Virus record (IMG/VR): IMGVR_UViG_3300044911_002321
Coordinates: 6,388-70,387 of that record
Origin: a virus
Length of the DNA stretch: 64,000 nucleotides
Strand: one strand, 5' to 3'
Shown: piece after piece, positions 44,237 to 53,611 of the stretch
Layout of the letters: every line of letters begins with the position of its first letter
Position numbering within the stretch: the first letter of the stretch is position 1
Notes under the pieces: generated by a model
The model's input: only the letters and a program-made list of their open reading frames with translations
Databases searched by the model: none
What the model was told of the DNA's origin: nothing
Program-made: the position numbers and the translations under genes

Positions 44237-44533
44237 ATGGAAGAGCAAATTCCACCTAGCCAACCTCCCATGCAACAGACTTTAGAAGGGCAGATCACTC
44301 CTGAAGCGTTGGCAGAAATGAAAGCACGTGCGATGGAGTTAGCCATCCAGCAAACAGCACCTTTCCGCACGTCTGTAGAAATGCCGCCGCAAGTAGTGTA
44401 TGTGCGGCGTAATTTAACCGTGGCAGAACTGCTGTTGGTACTATTGCTTTCTTGTGGAATTGTAACAGGAATCCAAGGGCTTTGGTACTTGGGTACTAAT
44501 TTATTGCCACGTCTTGAGATTAGGGTACGCTAA
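44237..44533 (+). CDS. Small membrane protein
   Basis: C-terminal TM segment ELLLVLLLSCGIV. Confidence 0.6.
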   Translation: MEEQIPPSQPPMQQTLEGQITPEALAEMKARAMELAIQQTAPFRTSVEMPPQVVYVRRNLTVAELLLVLLLSCGIVTGIQGLWYLGTNLLPRLEIRVR

Positions 44534-44576
44534 ATAAGCCGCACTATAATAAAGAAAAGAATTGCGCAGTAGATAG

Positions 44577-46415
44577 GTGGCAAACCGCCGTATTACCGAA
44601 TTTCCTGCAATTGCAGCGAACGAAATTGTAGATCAGGATGTCATGACCCTGGTCCACGTTTTTGAGGTGGACCCGTCACTGCGCAACAAAAAGATTACCT
44701 TTTCCCAATTCCGGGATTATCTCGATTTATATTATGCCCCTGGTAGTGGCGCTTTAATTAGTGGCAACGTCACGATCACTGGCAATTTAACAGTAGGTGG
44801 CAATTCCAGTTTTAATACGGTAACTGCGTCTGGTCTTAGTACGTTTAGTGGAATTGTTGTTCAAAACAATGCCACTGTCAGCGGTACGATCAGTGGAACT
44901 ACGGTAACAGGTACGTTTGTACAAGGTAGTCAAGTCAACGCAGTAACAGGTACCTTTACAACCTTGGCGACAGGAGCCACTGCGTCTTTCCCAACAGGTA
45001 ACTTCACAAGTCTTACGGGCACTACAACAAGTGGTGTAAGTGCTTTTTTTACAAACGGCACGTTTACCAACGTAACTGGCACGACGTTCACAGGGACAAC
45101 CGTTGCCGCAACCACTGGCACGTTCCAGGTTTTGAGAACGCCAATTCTTGACGTCAGCGGGAATTTATCTGTTGCAAGTGGACTAACTGTCACGGGACTT
45201 GCACAATTTGCAAGCGGTGTACGAGTCAGTGGCACGCTATCGGGAACAACAGTTACTGGAACTACGGCACAGTTTTCAACAGTCTCTGGTGTTTCTGGTG
45301 TATTTACTACGCAAGTATCAGGTGCCACGATTACCGGCAATACGTTGCTTGCTTCGAACGTAACAGGTGTTTCCGGTACGTTTACGACTAGAGTTTCAGG
45401 TGCAACCGTAACTGGCAACACAGGTTCTTTTGGCACAATCACCGGAGTCTCTGGTGTATTTACACAAGTTCTTTCAGGTCAAACAATTACAGGAGACGTT
45501 GGTAACTTTGGAACGGTAACAGGTGTTTCTGGTACGTTTACCAACGTGTCTGGGGCAACTGTTACAGGTACTGTTGTTAACGCAGGGACGGTTACTTCGG
45601 TTACTGGTAACTTTGGCCGCGTGTCAGGCACAACAGTCACAGGTAATGCCGGACAATTCACAACAGTTACCGGTGCCACGGTCATTGGAACCACCAGTGT
45701 TTCCGGTGCCACCGTCACAGGAAATGCAGGACAATTTACAACTGTCACAGGCACTACAGTTGTTGGCACCACGAGCATCTCTGGTGCAACCGTTACAGGT
45801 AATACGGTACTTGCAACAAACTTAACCGGTCAAGTAGGTACTTTTACAACGAGTGTTTCTGGGGCTACAGTCACTGGTAACACAGTTTTAAGTACTTCGG
45901 GAAGATTCCAGCATGTAAGTGGGCTTGTTATTACTGGCGATACCATACAAGCCGGTTTACTCTCGGCGGTATCTGGTGTTTTTACAAACATTGTCTTTGT
46001 TAACACCGTTGTTTCAGGTAACCTTTCCGTATTAGGAACAGGTATTTTCTCTACAGGAGGCATTGTTTCCTCCGGAATAATTAGCGGAAGCACGGTTACT
46101 TCCCCTAGTGGCATCTTTACTTACCTTTCAGGAACAACAGTTACCGGCACTACGGTTCAATCGGTTACAACCTCGGCAACAACTGGGACATTTACCTCAT
46201 TAACAGGAACAACAACCACAGGTGTTACTGCGACATTTACAACTGTTTCCGGTGTAACAGTCACTGGTGCAACCGGTACGTTTACCAATATCACCGGTAG
46301 TACTCTTGCAGTCACAACACCATCTGGTGCAACACCTGCCATTGTTTGTTCTGGCGTCGTATCAGGTGGTGCAAGCGGATTTGTAATTCAAGGGCCTCTT
46401 GTAATATTGCCATAA
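44577..46415 (+). CDS. Tail fibre protein with VSGATVTG-type repeats
   Basis: Thr/Gly/Val-rich repetitive 612 aa; MANRRITEFP N-terminus. Confidence 0.8.
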   Translation: MANRRITEFPAIAANEIVDQDVMTLVHVFEVDPSLRNKKITFSQFRDYLDLYYAPGSGALISGNVTITGNLTVGGNSSFNTVTASGLSTFSGIVVQNNATVSGTISGTTVTGTFVQGSQVNAVTGTFTTLATGATASFPTGNFTSLTGTTTSGVSAFFTNGTFTNVTGTTFTGTTVAATTGTFQVLRTPILDVSGNLSVASGLTVTGLAQFASGVRVSGTLSGTTVTGTTAQFSTVSGVSGVFTTQVSGATITGNTLLASNVTGVSGTFTTRVSGATVTGNTGSFGTITGVSGVFTQVLSGQTITGDVGNFGTVTGVSGTFTNVSGATVTGTVVNAGTVTSVTGNFGRVSGTTVTGNAGQFTTVTGATVIGTTSVSGATVTGNAGQFTTVTGTTVVGTTSISGATVTGNTVLATNLTGQVGTFTTSVSGATVTGNTVLSTSGRFQHVSGLVITGDTIQAGLLSAVSGVFTNIVFVNTVVSGNLSVLGTGIFSTGGIVSSGIISGSTVTSPSGIFTYLSGTTVTGTTVQSVTTSATTGTFTSLTGTTTTGVTATFTTVSGVTVTGATGTFTNITGSTLAVTTPSGATPAIVCSGVVSGGASGFVIQGPLVILP

Positions 46416-46457
46416 TTATCTACTGGGTATATACTGTATGAAGTCTTTTGGTTTTAT

Positions 46458-47021
46458 GTGAACTATCCCAAGCCGCTTCCTCCTCTTGAGGAGCTACAAG
46501 AGGTTTTTTGTTTATCTGAGCTGTGGCCGTCTGGCTTGGCGTGGAAAATTAATCCGTCAAAACAAGGAGGCAAAAAGGCGGGCTCACCCGCAGGAAGCAT
46601 GCCCAACCAAGGACCAAGATATTGGCGGGTTAAATACAAGCAAAAAAATTACCAGTGTCACAGAATACGATGGTCACTTCTCAACAATCGTTTGATTTTG
46701 CCGGAAGAATACGTAGATCACGTGGATGGAAACACAGAAGAAAATAGAAACGAATTAAGAGTAGTAACGTTAAGCCAAAATCAATACAACCGAAGCCGCA
46801 AGAAAAGTACCTCAGGATTTAGATGGGTAGTCTATACCAAGACATATCCCAAGAAACCATGGCGTATCATGATGAAAATTAATGGTAAATGCGAATACTT
46901 TGGCTATTATGCAAATGCGGAAGAGGCTGCTTTAAAAGCAGATGAGATTGCTGTTGAAAAACTGAACGTCGATTACATTAGATTGAATTTTCCAGAGTTA
47001 AAATTAAAAGACAAGAGGTAG
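46458..47021 (+). CDS. HNH-AP2 homing endonuclease
   Basis: VDHVDGN...N...NELR...SQNQYN, then STSGFRWV...YFGYY..AEEAA (AP2). Confidence 0.85.
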   Translation: MNYPKPLPPLEELQEVFCLSELWPSGLAWKINPSKQGGKKAGSPAGSMPNQGPRYWRVKYKQKNYQCHRIRWSLLNNRLILPEEYVDHVDGNTEENRNELRVVTLSQNQYNRSRKKSTSGFRWVVYTKTYPKKPWRIMMKINGKCEYFGYYANAEEAALKADEIAVEKLNVDYIRLNFPELKLKDKR

Positions 47022-47026
47022 TTTAA

Positions 47027-48298
47027 ATGGCTTACGGGATTTTAAAGTGCGATACGGTTACTTTTACCGATGCTGGTATTGATAAGAGCGTTACGCTTTC
47101 TGGTTTAGTTCAGAATCCTACCTTTAGTGGTAACGTCACCGTCACCGGTACTCTTTCGGGTGTTACCGTAACCGGTACGACGGCTAACTTTACGAGCGGT
47201 AATTTTACTAATATTAGTGGCGGTACTCATACCATTACATCGGGTGTATTTGCAGCAGGTAGTGCGGCAAGCCCTTCGATTACTTTTACAGGTGATTTAA
47301 ACACAGGCATTTACTCCCCTGGTGCAGACCAAGTAGCCATCTCGACTAATGGCACTGGGCGGTTGCTTGTTGATTCGAGTGGGAATGTAGACATAGCCAC
47401 AGCCGGATCTAGCTTGACGTTTGGTGGATGGACTAATGATAGGACTGTTTTACAACAGGCATTTGACTCCCAGTATTTCAATCGAATTGCTTTTGATGCC
47501 GCGAATCGTGATGTCCGCATCCAGTCAAACAGCGCCGATTCCACAGCCAAAATCACCTTTTGGACCGGAGCAAGTGGGACCGTAACAGAAAAAATGCGCC
47601 TGGACTCCAGTGGCCGTTTAGGTCTGGGGACTAGTAGCCCTGGATATGCTTTTGATTGCGTTGCAAGTAGCGCTGGTGTTGTCGCGGCAAGGTTCAGGGG
47701 AAATTCTAGTGGAAGCAATAATACCCAAATTCGTTTCTATGGAGCCAGTACCGCAACGGACCAATGGGCGGTTGGTAATGCCGTTGCCACGGATGATGCT
47801 ACCAGAAACTTTGATATTTATGATCTTGTATCCAATGCAAATAGACTCAGGATTGATTCCTCAGGCCGCGTAGGGATTGGCACTACTGGGCCCAGTTATC
47901 AACTCGACGTTGTTTCAGCGTCGACATCAGTCGCAGAGTTCTCTGGCCCTGCCAACGCCAGTGTTGAGTTTAAGGGAAGCGGTTTTGTAGAAGGCAAGAT
48001 CCAGTGTGGAGGCGAGCTTATTGTTGGATCTACGAATAACTATCCAGTTGCTTTTGCGGTTAATAACACCGAACGCGCCCGCATCGACAGCTCCGGAAGG
48101 TTGTTGGTTGGCACGTCCTCGCAGTCTGGCGGATCACTCTTACAAGTAAACGACAATCGCATCAGAATTGCGACAGCAAAAACACCGGCATCGGCTACCG
48201 ATACTGGCGTAGCTGGCGAGATATGCTGGGATGCTAATTACGTCTATGTCTGCACTGCTACGAACACATGGAAGCGCTCAGCAATCAGCACATGGTGA
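47027..48298 (+). CDS. Tail fibre / receptor-binding protein
   Basis: Repeated R(I/L)DSSGR.GIGT modules; C-terminal GEICWDANYVYVC..TNTWKR. Confidence 0.85.
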   Translation: MAYGILKCDTVTFTDAGIDKSVTLSGLVQNPTFSGNVTVTGTLSGVTVTGTTANFTSGNFTNISGGTHTITSGVFAAGSAASPSITFTGDLNTGIYSPGADQVAISTNGTGRLLVDSSGNVDIATAGSSLTFGGWTNDRTVLQQAFDSQYFNRIAFDAANRDVRIQSNSADSTAKITFWTGASGTVTEKMRLDSSGRLGLGTSSPGYAFDCVASSAGVVAARFRGNSSGSNNTQIRFYGASTATDQWAVGNAVATDDATRNFDIYDLVSNANRLRIDSSGRVGIGTTGPSYQLDVVSASTSVAEFSGPANASVEFKGSGFVEGKIQCGGELIVGSTNNYPVAFAVNNTERARIDSSGRLLVGTSSQSGGSLLQVNDNRIRIATAKTPASATDTGVAGEICWDANYVYVCTATNTWKRSAISTW

Positions 48299-48774
48299 TG
48301 ACGTGTCCCGCGCTGCGTCAGTGCAACATCTGCAAGGAGCACAAACCGCAGACTGACTTCTACAAAGTCAAGCGGGCAAAGAAGGACATTCTTGGTGTGC
48401 CTCGTATTTCACGCTGCCGTCAGTGCGAGATACAGAAGTACATGGAGCTGGATCCACGGCAGAAGATGGTCTACGCGGCTCGCAATCGGGCTCGCATCGC
48501 CGGACTGGACTGCACCATCACAAAGGACGACATTGAGATTCCCGAAACCTGTCCGGTGTTGGGCATCCCACTGTTCGCTCGTGTTGGCGCTGGCAGATCA
48601 AACCGCGATCAAGTGGAGAACTCCCCGAGCCTGGATCGGATCGACAACAGCAAGGGGTATGTGCCCGGCAACATTGCAGTCATCTCGATGCGAGCAAACA
48701 TGATCAAGAACAACGCCACGCTTGCTGAACTGAAGGCCATCGTGGCCTACATAGAAGCCAGCCAGAGCCAGTAA
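48298..48774 (+). CDS. HNH-like endonuclease
   Basis: CNICK..K...F, CPVLG, SPSLDRIDNSKGYVPGNI..IS.RAN..K. Confidence 0.8.
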   Translation: MTCPALRQCNICKEHKPQTDFYKVKRAKKDILGVPRISRCRQCEIQKYMELDPRQKMVYAARNRARIAGLDCTITKDDIEIPETCPVLGIPLFARVGAGRSNRDQVENSPSLDRIDNSKGYVPGNIAVISMRANMIKNNATLAELKAIVAYIEASQSQ

Positions 48775-48823
48775 ACCTACTCACTAATCACACCTGGTAA
48801 AATAAAAGAAAACATCATTGACT

Positions 48824-49147
48824 ATGGCTAACACTGTTTGGGATATTGCTACCCTTGAGCGTCATCTTCCTGATGGTGACACCTGTCCTGATGGCGCTGT
48901 ATACACCGTCCATTGGACTGCATCACTGGAGGAAGACGGTGAAACTGCTGGTTGCTACGGCAGCGTTGGCCTTGGTGAACCCAACCCTGATAACTTCACT
49001 CCTTTCAGTGAACTCACTAAAGAAGAAGCGGTGAACTGGACCTTGGCAGCACTTGGCGTTGATCAAGTTGTTTCGATTGAAGAAGCATTGCACAATCAAA
49101 TCCAAGCCAAACTACACCCAACTTCTGAATCAGGCGTTCCCTGGTGA
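48824..49147 (+). CDS. Tail-associated small protein
   Basis: VHW...F.PFSELT...VNW...GVPW motif; follows the fibre genes. Confidence 0.65.
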   Translation: MANTVWDIATLERHLPDGDTCPDGAVYTVHWTASLEEDGETAGCYGSVGLGEPNPDNFTPFSELTKEEAVNWTLAALGVDQVVSIEEALHNQIQAKLHPTSESGVPW

Positions 49148-49181
49148 TTTTTGTTATACTCTTTGAAGTTATCTGTTCATT

Positions 49182-49364
49182 ATGGCTTGCACAAAGTCTC
49201 AGCTAGTTAGCGCCATCAATTCTTTTGGTTCTGCACGTGCTACTGGTGATGGCAACCTCATTGCTTTTTCTGCAAACCTCATTGGTCAATTGATTGATAC
49301 GATTGAGTTTGCTCCAGAGGAAGAGCCCGCACCTGCCATTGATCCTGAAGTTGTTGAGAGCTGA
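49182..49364 (+). CDS. Hypothetical protein
   Basis: 60 aa; TATACT upstream. Confidence 0.6.
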   Translation: MACTKSQLVSAINSFGSARATGDGNLIAFSANLIGQLIDTIEFAPEEEPAPAIDPEVVES

Positions 49365-49367
49365 AAA

Positions 49368-49739
49368 ATGAACAAAACTACCTGGGGAATTTCATTGCTT
49401 GACCGGAGACTTCCGGATAGCGCTTCCTATCCAGGTAGTGAAGTCACAGCAATCCATTGGTTTGCGTATCAGATGGCGGGTAAGTACACAGTCAGTACTT
49501 CTGGCATTGTTGAACTTGCCCCCGCTGACCGTAAAAAATGGGTGCCCTATCTCAGTCTCAATAAAGAGACCGTCATGGGCTGGTGCAAAGATGCCCTTAC
49601 GTCTGACCGCGTTAAGGAAATTGAAAACGCCTTGGCAGCACGCGTTGATGCGGAATTAAACAAAGCATCAGGACTCCCCTGGGACGTACCAGATCCTTTG
49701 CCGCCGTTACCGCATCCACTTGGTTACGTTGAGGTTTAA
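49368..49739 (+). CDS. Paralog of the 48824-49147 tail-associated protein
   Basis: W.I..L.R.LPD...IHW...PY..L.KE.V..W...GLPW shared pattern. Confidence 0.65.
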   Translation: MNKTTWGISLLDRRLPDSASYPGSEVTAIHWFAYQMAGKYTVSTSGIVELAPADRKKWVPYLSLNKETVMGWCKDALTSDRVKEIENALAARVDAELNKASGLPWDVPDPLPPLPHPLGYVEV

Positions 49740-49789
49740 AACACACGACACTACTATCAGTTAAAATAAAAACAATTGATAGTCGTGTT

Positions 49790-50794
49790 GTGACAATTAA
49801 ACTTACAGACGCTGCTGAGTTCTTTAACAAAGAACAACATCAAATTGACGCATGGAATTGGCTCCAGTCTCAGTTAACACCTGAGGTCCTGGAGTCTTTT
49901 TCTGTTAAGTATCGCAATAAACCAATTAAGGAAAGCACCATTACTTGGGACGTTGTTGTTAAAACAGCAAAAAAAGCTGGTAGCGCATGGCCCGAATGTG
50001 TTGCTGCACAGTGGGCACTTGAATCTGGCTGGGGTCAACACACTTCTGGTAAAAACAATTACTTTGGATTAAAAGGATCTGGCTCTACGGTTGAAACAAA
50101 GGAATTTATCAACGGTCAGTGGATCACAATCAAGGCTGGATTTATTGATTTTCCAGATTTAAAAACATGTGTTTCATACCTTGTTGATCGTTGGTACAAA
50201 GACTTTGATGGGCACAAAGGTGTTAACAGGGCAGCCAGTAGAAATGAATGTGCACGTCTACTAGTCAAAGAAGGGTACGCTACTGATCCAGACTACAGTA
50301 CAAAACTGATTCAGATCATGGATCGACAACTCCAAAACATTGGAGAGAAAAAAGATGCCGATCCGCACGCAAGTAATTTTACTCCTTGGAGCCCATTCAC
50401 ATATAAAATCACACCTAACATCACCTATGGTGAATTAACTCTTAACCAAGAGGCTCGTCGTTTTACCAAGCAGTATCAATGTGCTGTAGCAAAAGAACTG
50501 TGTTTATTTTTGGAGCGGGTACGTAAACAGTTTGGGAATAAACCGTTAATTATTACAAGTGCCTCCAGGCCTGAGCCTATTAATACCCAAGTAGGCGGTG
50601 CAAAAAACAGCGAACATACTTATAATTCACCATCAACAGGAGCAATTGATTTTTACGTAGATGGTGTTGACAGCAATGCAGTACAAGCTTGGTGCGATAA
50701 AAATTGGCCATACTCATTAGGGTACGGCGCACCAAAAGGGTTTGTTCACGTTGGTATACGAGATGGAAACCCACGTGTTAGGTGGGATTACTGA
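49790..50794 (+). CDS. Endolysin: GH73 glucosaminidase plus M15 peptidase domains
   Basis: AQWALESGWG...NNYFGLKG...GYATDPDY; ITS..R...N..VGGA.NSEH...AID...FVHVG. Confidence 0.85.
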   Translation: MTIKLTDAAEFFNKEQHQIDAWNWLQSQLTPEVLESFSVKYRNKPIKESTITWDVVVKTAKKAGSAWPECVAAQWALESGWGQHTSGKNNYFGLKGSGSTVETKEFINGQWITIKAGFIDFPDLKTCVSYLVDRWYKDFDGHKGVNRAASRNECARLLVKEGYATDPDYSTKLIQIMDRQLQNIGEKKDADPHASNFTPWSPFTYKITPNITYGELTLNQEARRFTKQYQCAVAKELCLFLERVRKQFGNKPLIITSASRPEPINTQVGGAKNSEHTYNSPSTGAIDFYVDGVDSNAVQAWCDKNWPYSLGYGAPKGFVHVGIRDGNPRVRWDY

Positions 50795-50796
50795 GA

Positions 50797-50985
50797 TCAA
50801 CGCCGGCGACGACGCTTTTCAGTGCCGGGTTCTTTGGCACACCCAACCACCAAAGCACATAATTCGATGATGCGGTAAGCTTTTACTGCAAGCGCGTCAT
50901 CTTTTGGGGTTGGTGTTAAGGCGGTAATGACAGAAGCCGCTGCATGAACAGCGAGAGCAGCTTCGATATAGTTATTTACGTTCAT
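50797..50985 (-). CDS. Small hydrophobic protein, holin-like
   Basis: AS.ITALTPTPKDD motif; adjacent to the endolysin. Confidence 0.55.
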   Translation of the reverse strand: MNVNNYIEAALAVHAAASVITALTPTPKDDALAVKAYRIIELCALVVGCAKEPGTEKRRRRR

Positions 50986-51008
50986 GGTAAGTGTGGGTTT
51001 TCTTTATT

Positions 51009-51149
51009 CTACCGGTCAAACTCTCTTAGGTAATCCAAGTTTTCTTGCTCGGCAAAAAAATCTTGCCAATCTTCTTCAGTGGCTTCCGTAATTTTAGAAG
51101 GCACTGGTTTAGGTTCTTTGGGCTTTTGAGGAGGATCTAAAAGAGTCAT
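51009..51149 (-). CDS. 46-aa hypothetical protein
   Basis: Hand translation MTLLDPPQKP...; ATGA-coupled to the upstream gene. Confidence 0.5.
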   Translation of the reverse strand: MTLLDPPQKPKEPKPVPSKITEATEEDWQDFFAEQENLDYLREFDR

Positions 51150-51268
51150 ACGTCATACATGCGGCACCCTGATGCCGATGGATTTTTCATACAATAGCGC
51201 AACCAAGCAACATGCGGATAATGTTTACGTGGTTTTTTACGAAATAAAGCAAGTAGCTTTTTGATCAT
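51146..51268 (-). CDS. 40-aa peptide with a CP12 C-terminal motif
   Basis: RYCMKNPSASGCRMYDV-stop; ATGA overlaps on both sides. Confidence 0.55.
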   Translation of the reverse strand: MIKKLLALFRKKPRKHYPHVAWLRYCMKNPSASGCRMYDV

Positions 51269-52173
51269 GGTCTGTTTGTTAGCGGAATAAAGACCTCAGG
51301 GAAACGATCGGTATCTTGATGTTCCCTGCTCCATGCATTTTGCCAATCAGACAAGGAGTGGTCATGAATAGTATCGTAGTATGCATCATCACCTGGTTCT
51401 AAATCAATTTTGAAGTCATTGATATTGCTACTTGGAATGCGCGTGCCAATAAACCATGTGGAGTTGGGGCCAACGGTAACACTGCCCCCTGGAGATTCAA
51501 TAACGCAAAGAGCTTCACTAAATGCGCCGCTATTGGGTGGAATAATAACTGCAGTGTCTACAGGACTAACAATCTCTGGAACATCAATTGTGTACTCTTG
51601 TAGTGCAACGCTGCCATCTACGTCTTCAAGTTCCCAAAATCCTTCTTGAGTGGTAGAAGCAGGCTCGATAACAACACCAACTTCGTAGTTAAGGGGTTCG
51701 TTGCGTGTAGACGAGATGCAAATTAAATAACTACCAACGCCTAAAGGAAAGTATCGGTCATCACCACGATCAAGCCGCAACCTATCAAAGGTGTTGTAAA
51801 GATCAGATTGAACACTCATTACCGTGTCAAGGTAAGGAATGTACACATCCCCTAGATTGTTAACACCATCAGTCAGTGAATCAGCCTGGAACACAGGCAA
51901 ATCTGTCTGAGGGATGTTGTTGAGATCATAAACGCTGACGTTGATGTATGTAGGGCGCGGCGGCCCTTTGGTAACAATGATCCAAGCAGGTGCCGAAAGG
52001 TTGACCTGGAACCAGTTGTTGTACGTACCGCCGCCAAACCCGTTGGTTTTTACTTGGTACTTTGCACCAAGATTACCACGTAAATAACGCAGCGAAAGCT
52101 GATCAAAAGTACCAAGTACTAATGGATTATTTTTAGTGCGTTGCTCTTGACTAACTACTGAATTCCTGGGCAT
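51265..52173 (-). CDS. Hypothetical protein
   Basis: About 302 aa, beta-rich. Confidence 0.7.
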   Translation of the reverse strand: MPRNSVVSQEQRTKNNPLVLGTFDQLSLRYLRGNLGAKYQVKTNGFGGGTYNNWFQVNLSAPAWIIVTKGPPRPTYINVSVYDLNNIPQTDLPVFQADSLTDGVNNLGDVYIPYLDTVMSVQSDLYNTFDRLRLDRGDDRYFPLGVGSYLICISSTRNEPLNYEVGVVIEPASTTQEGFWELEDVDGSVALQEYTIDVPEIVSPVDTAVIIPPNSGAFSEALCVIESPGGSVTVGPNSTWFIGTRIPSSNINDFKIDLEPGDDAYYDTIHDHSLSDWQNAWSREHQDTDRFPEVFIPLTNRP

Positions 52174-52870
52174 ATGAACCGTAATACAGCTCCTGTGTAT
52201 CATCATAATCCGGGGTGTTTTTATTCACCAACGGATGTTGAATCGTTTGTTTGTACTTGGCTTTCATAATGGGTTCAGGTGTTTCTTTTAGCTGGTTATC
52301 TGCAGCGTGCATTAATTTGCTGGGGTCAAACGTGTGATGGAACGGTTGGATCTCAACGGGTGGGAAGGTGCGATTCCAACTTGAAATCATATGCAAAGGA
52401 TTAAGACAATCTTTATTTCGGCACGTACGTGTTACAACCATTTTGCCGACATCTCCCCATGCACATTGATAAATGACTTTATGTGCACTAATGTTTTCAG
52501 CTAGGTTTTTACTGTTAGCAGAACGATAGGAAGGAAAACGAATGCGCGACTTTGTTAACGCAGGTGCTTCCCAGCACTCTTCAAAATCTTTTACAGGTAT
52601 CTTGCTCCAGATGGATAGCAAGCGATGTTTGTACAAGCCATCAATGTAGTTGATGTCAAAACCACAGTTGTTATTGGAAATTTTACGAACACATTCGTAA
52701 CACCAGTGATAGGTTTTGTCACGAATGGTATGCCCATGGGGGCATATAAATCCCCTGTAATAACCGTGTGCACTTAACTGTGCATCCGTAAGTAACTCAA
52801 TGTTGGCGACGTACCGGAAAGGCGACAGTACAGAAGCCAGTTCGTTGATGCGTTTGGTGTAGTTGGCCAT
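52151..52870 (-). CDS. Zn-binding HNH-like endonuclease
   Basis: CPHGH...CYEC, ECWE, AHKV.Y, RTCRNKDCLNPLHM. Confidence 0.7.
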   Translation of the reverse strand: MANYTKRINELASVLSPFRYVANIELLTDAQLSAHGYYRGFICPHGHTIRDKTYHWCYECVRKISNNNCGFDINYIDGLYKHRLLSIWSKIPVKDFEECWEAPALTKSRIRFPSYRSANSKNLAENISAHKVIYQCAWGDVGKMVVTRTCRNKDCLNPLHMISSWNRTFPPVEIQPFHHTFDPSKLMHAADNQLKETPEPIMKAKYKQTIQHPLVNKNTPDYDDTQELYYGSYAQEFSS

Positions 52871-52872
52871 GA

Positions 52873-53301
52873 TTAGGAACTGAGTGGGTTGCCGATAAGG
52901 CGTTGGTATTTGTGGAAGGACATACCGTTCTCCAGGTTGTAGACCAGCTCTCCTTCGGCGTTACGTGTGCGGCGTCGGTATGAAGGCGCAGGACGGGTGC
53001 GGCGTTGTTTGAGGGCTAGTTCCTGACGGTTGTCGTACGTGACGTTGGAGGGGTCGTGAACGACGTCTGCGTTCCCTGGATCGCTACCAGTACGTAAGTA
53101 GTACACGATGCGATGCGCTTGGTACCGTGCGCCGCAAAGAGAGACGTAACAGTACTTGCCATGCTGCCGGCCAGCCATGTCACCGGGCTTGTGACCACGT
53201 GCTTGCGTCTTCCACGCAAGACCTGTCGCGTATTGATCAGAGAGCTCTAGCTGGTCCTGTACGTACCAAAGCGGAAGCATCTCTAGGTAGGTGCGTGCCA
53301 T
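52873..53301 (-). CDS. HNH-like protein, possibly degenerate
   Basis: GLAWK...GDMAG...YQAHRIVYYL..G...VVH. Confidence 0.6.
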   Translation of the reverse strand: MARTYLEMLPLWYVQDQLELSDQYATGLAWKTQARGHKPGDMAGRQHGKYCYVSLCGARYQAHRIVYYLRTGSDPGNADVVHDPSNVTYDNRQELALKQRRTRPAPSYRRRTRNAEGELVYNLENGMSFHKYQRLIGNPLSS

Positions 53302-53365
53302 GACCTCCTGGTGGTGGGGACCATGACACTGTACCACTGTTGGGAAGTGTACGCAAGAGAAACTG

Positions 53366-53570
53366 TGAATACCGGCTTGTGGAGGGGTGAATACCGCCTT
53401 ATTTACTTAGATATAGGGTTTCATACTGTGTTGAAAAAGTGTTGCACCTCTGTGTGGCTTCATGATTTTTTCCACAAATGCAACACTGTTTTAACAACGT
53501 ATGAAACCCTATAGAGGGTTAGATAAGGCTGTATTCATCCTTGAATAGGACGGTATTCATTGTTTTACCC
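53366..53570. repeat. Palindromic iteron element, copy 2
   Basis: TATAGGGTTTCATAC 53412-53426 and GTATGAAACCCTATA 53499-53513; GAATAC boxes; TTTTCCACA at 53468-53476 and nearby at 53582-53590. Confidence 0.85.
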
Positions 53571-53611
53571 CTCTCCGTACGTTTTCCACAGTACATACGT
53601 ACCATCAAACG

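Noticed and set aside
44930-46342. Minus-strand Pro/Val/Thr-rich ORFs
   Set aside because: Antisense mirror of the repetitive tail fibre gene.
44577-48298. Diversity-generating retroelement acting on tail fibres
   Set aside because: No reverse transcriptase and no adenine-specific TR/VR repeat pair was seen.
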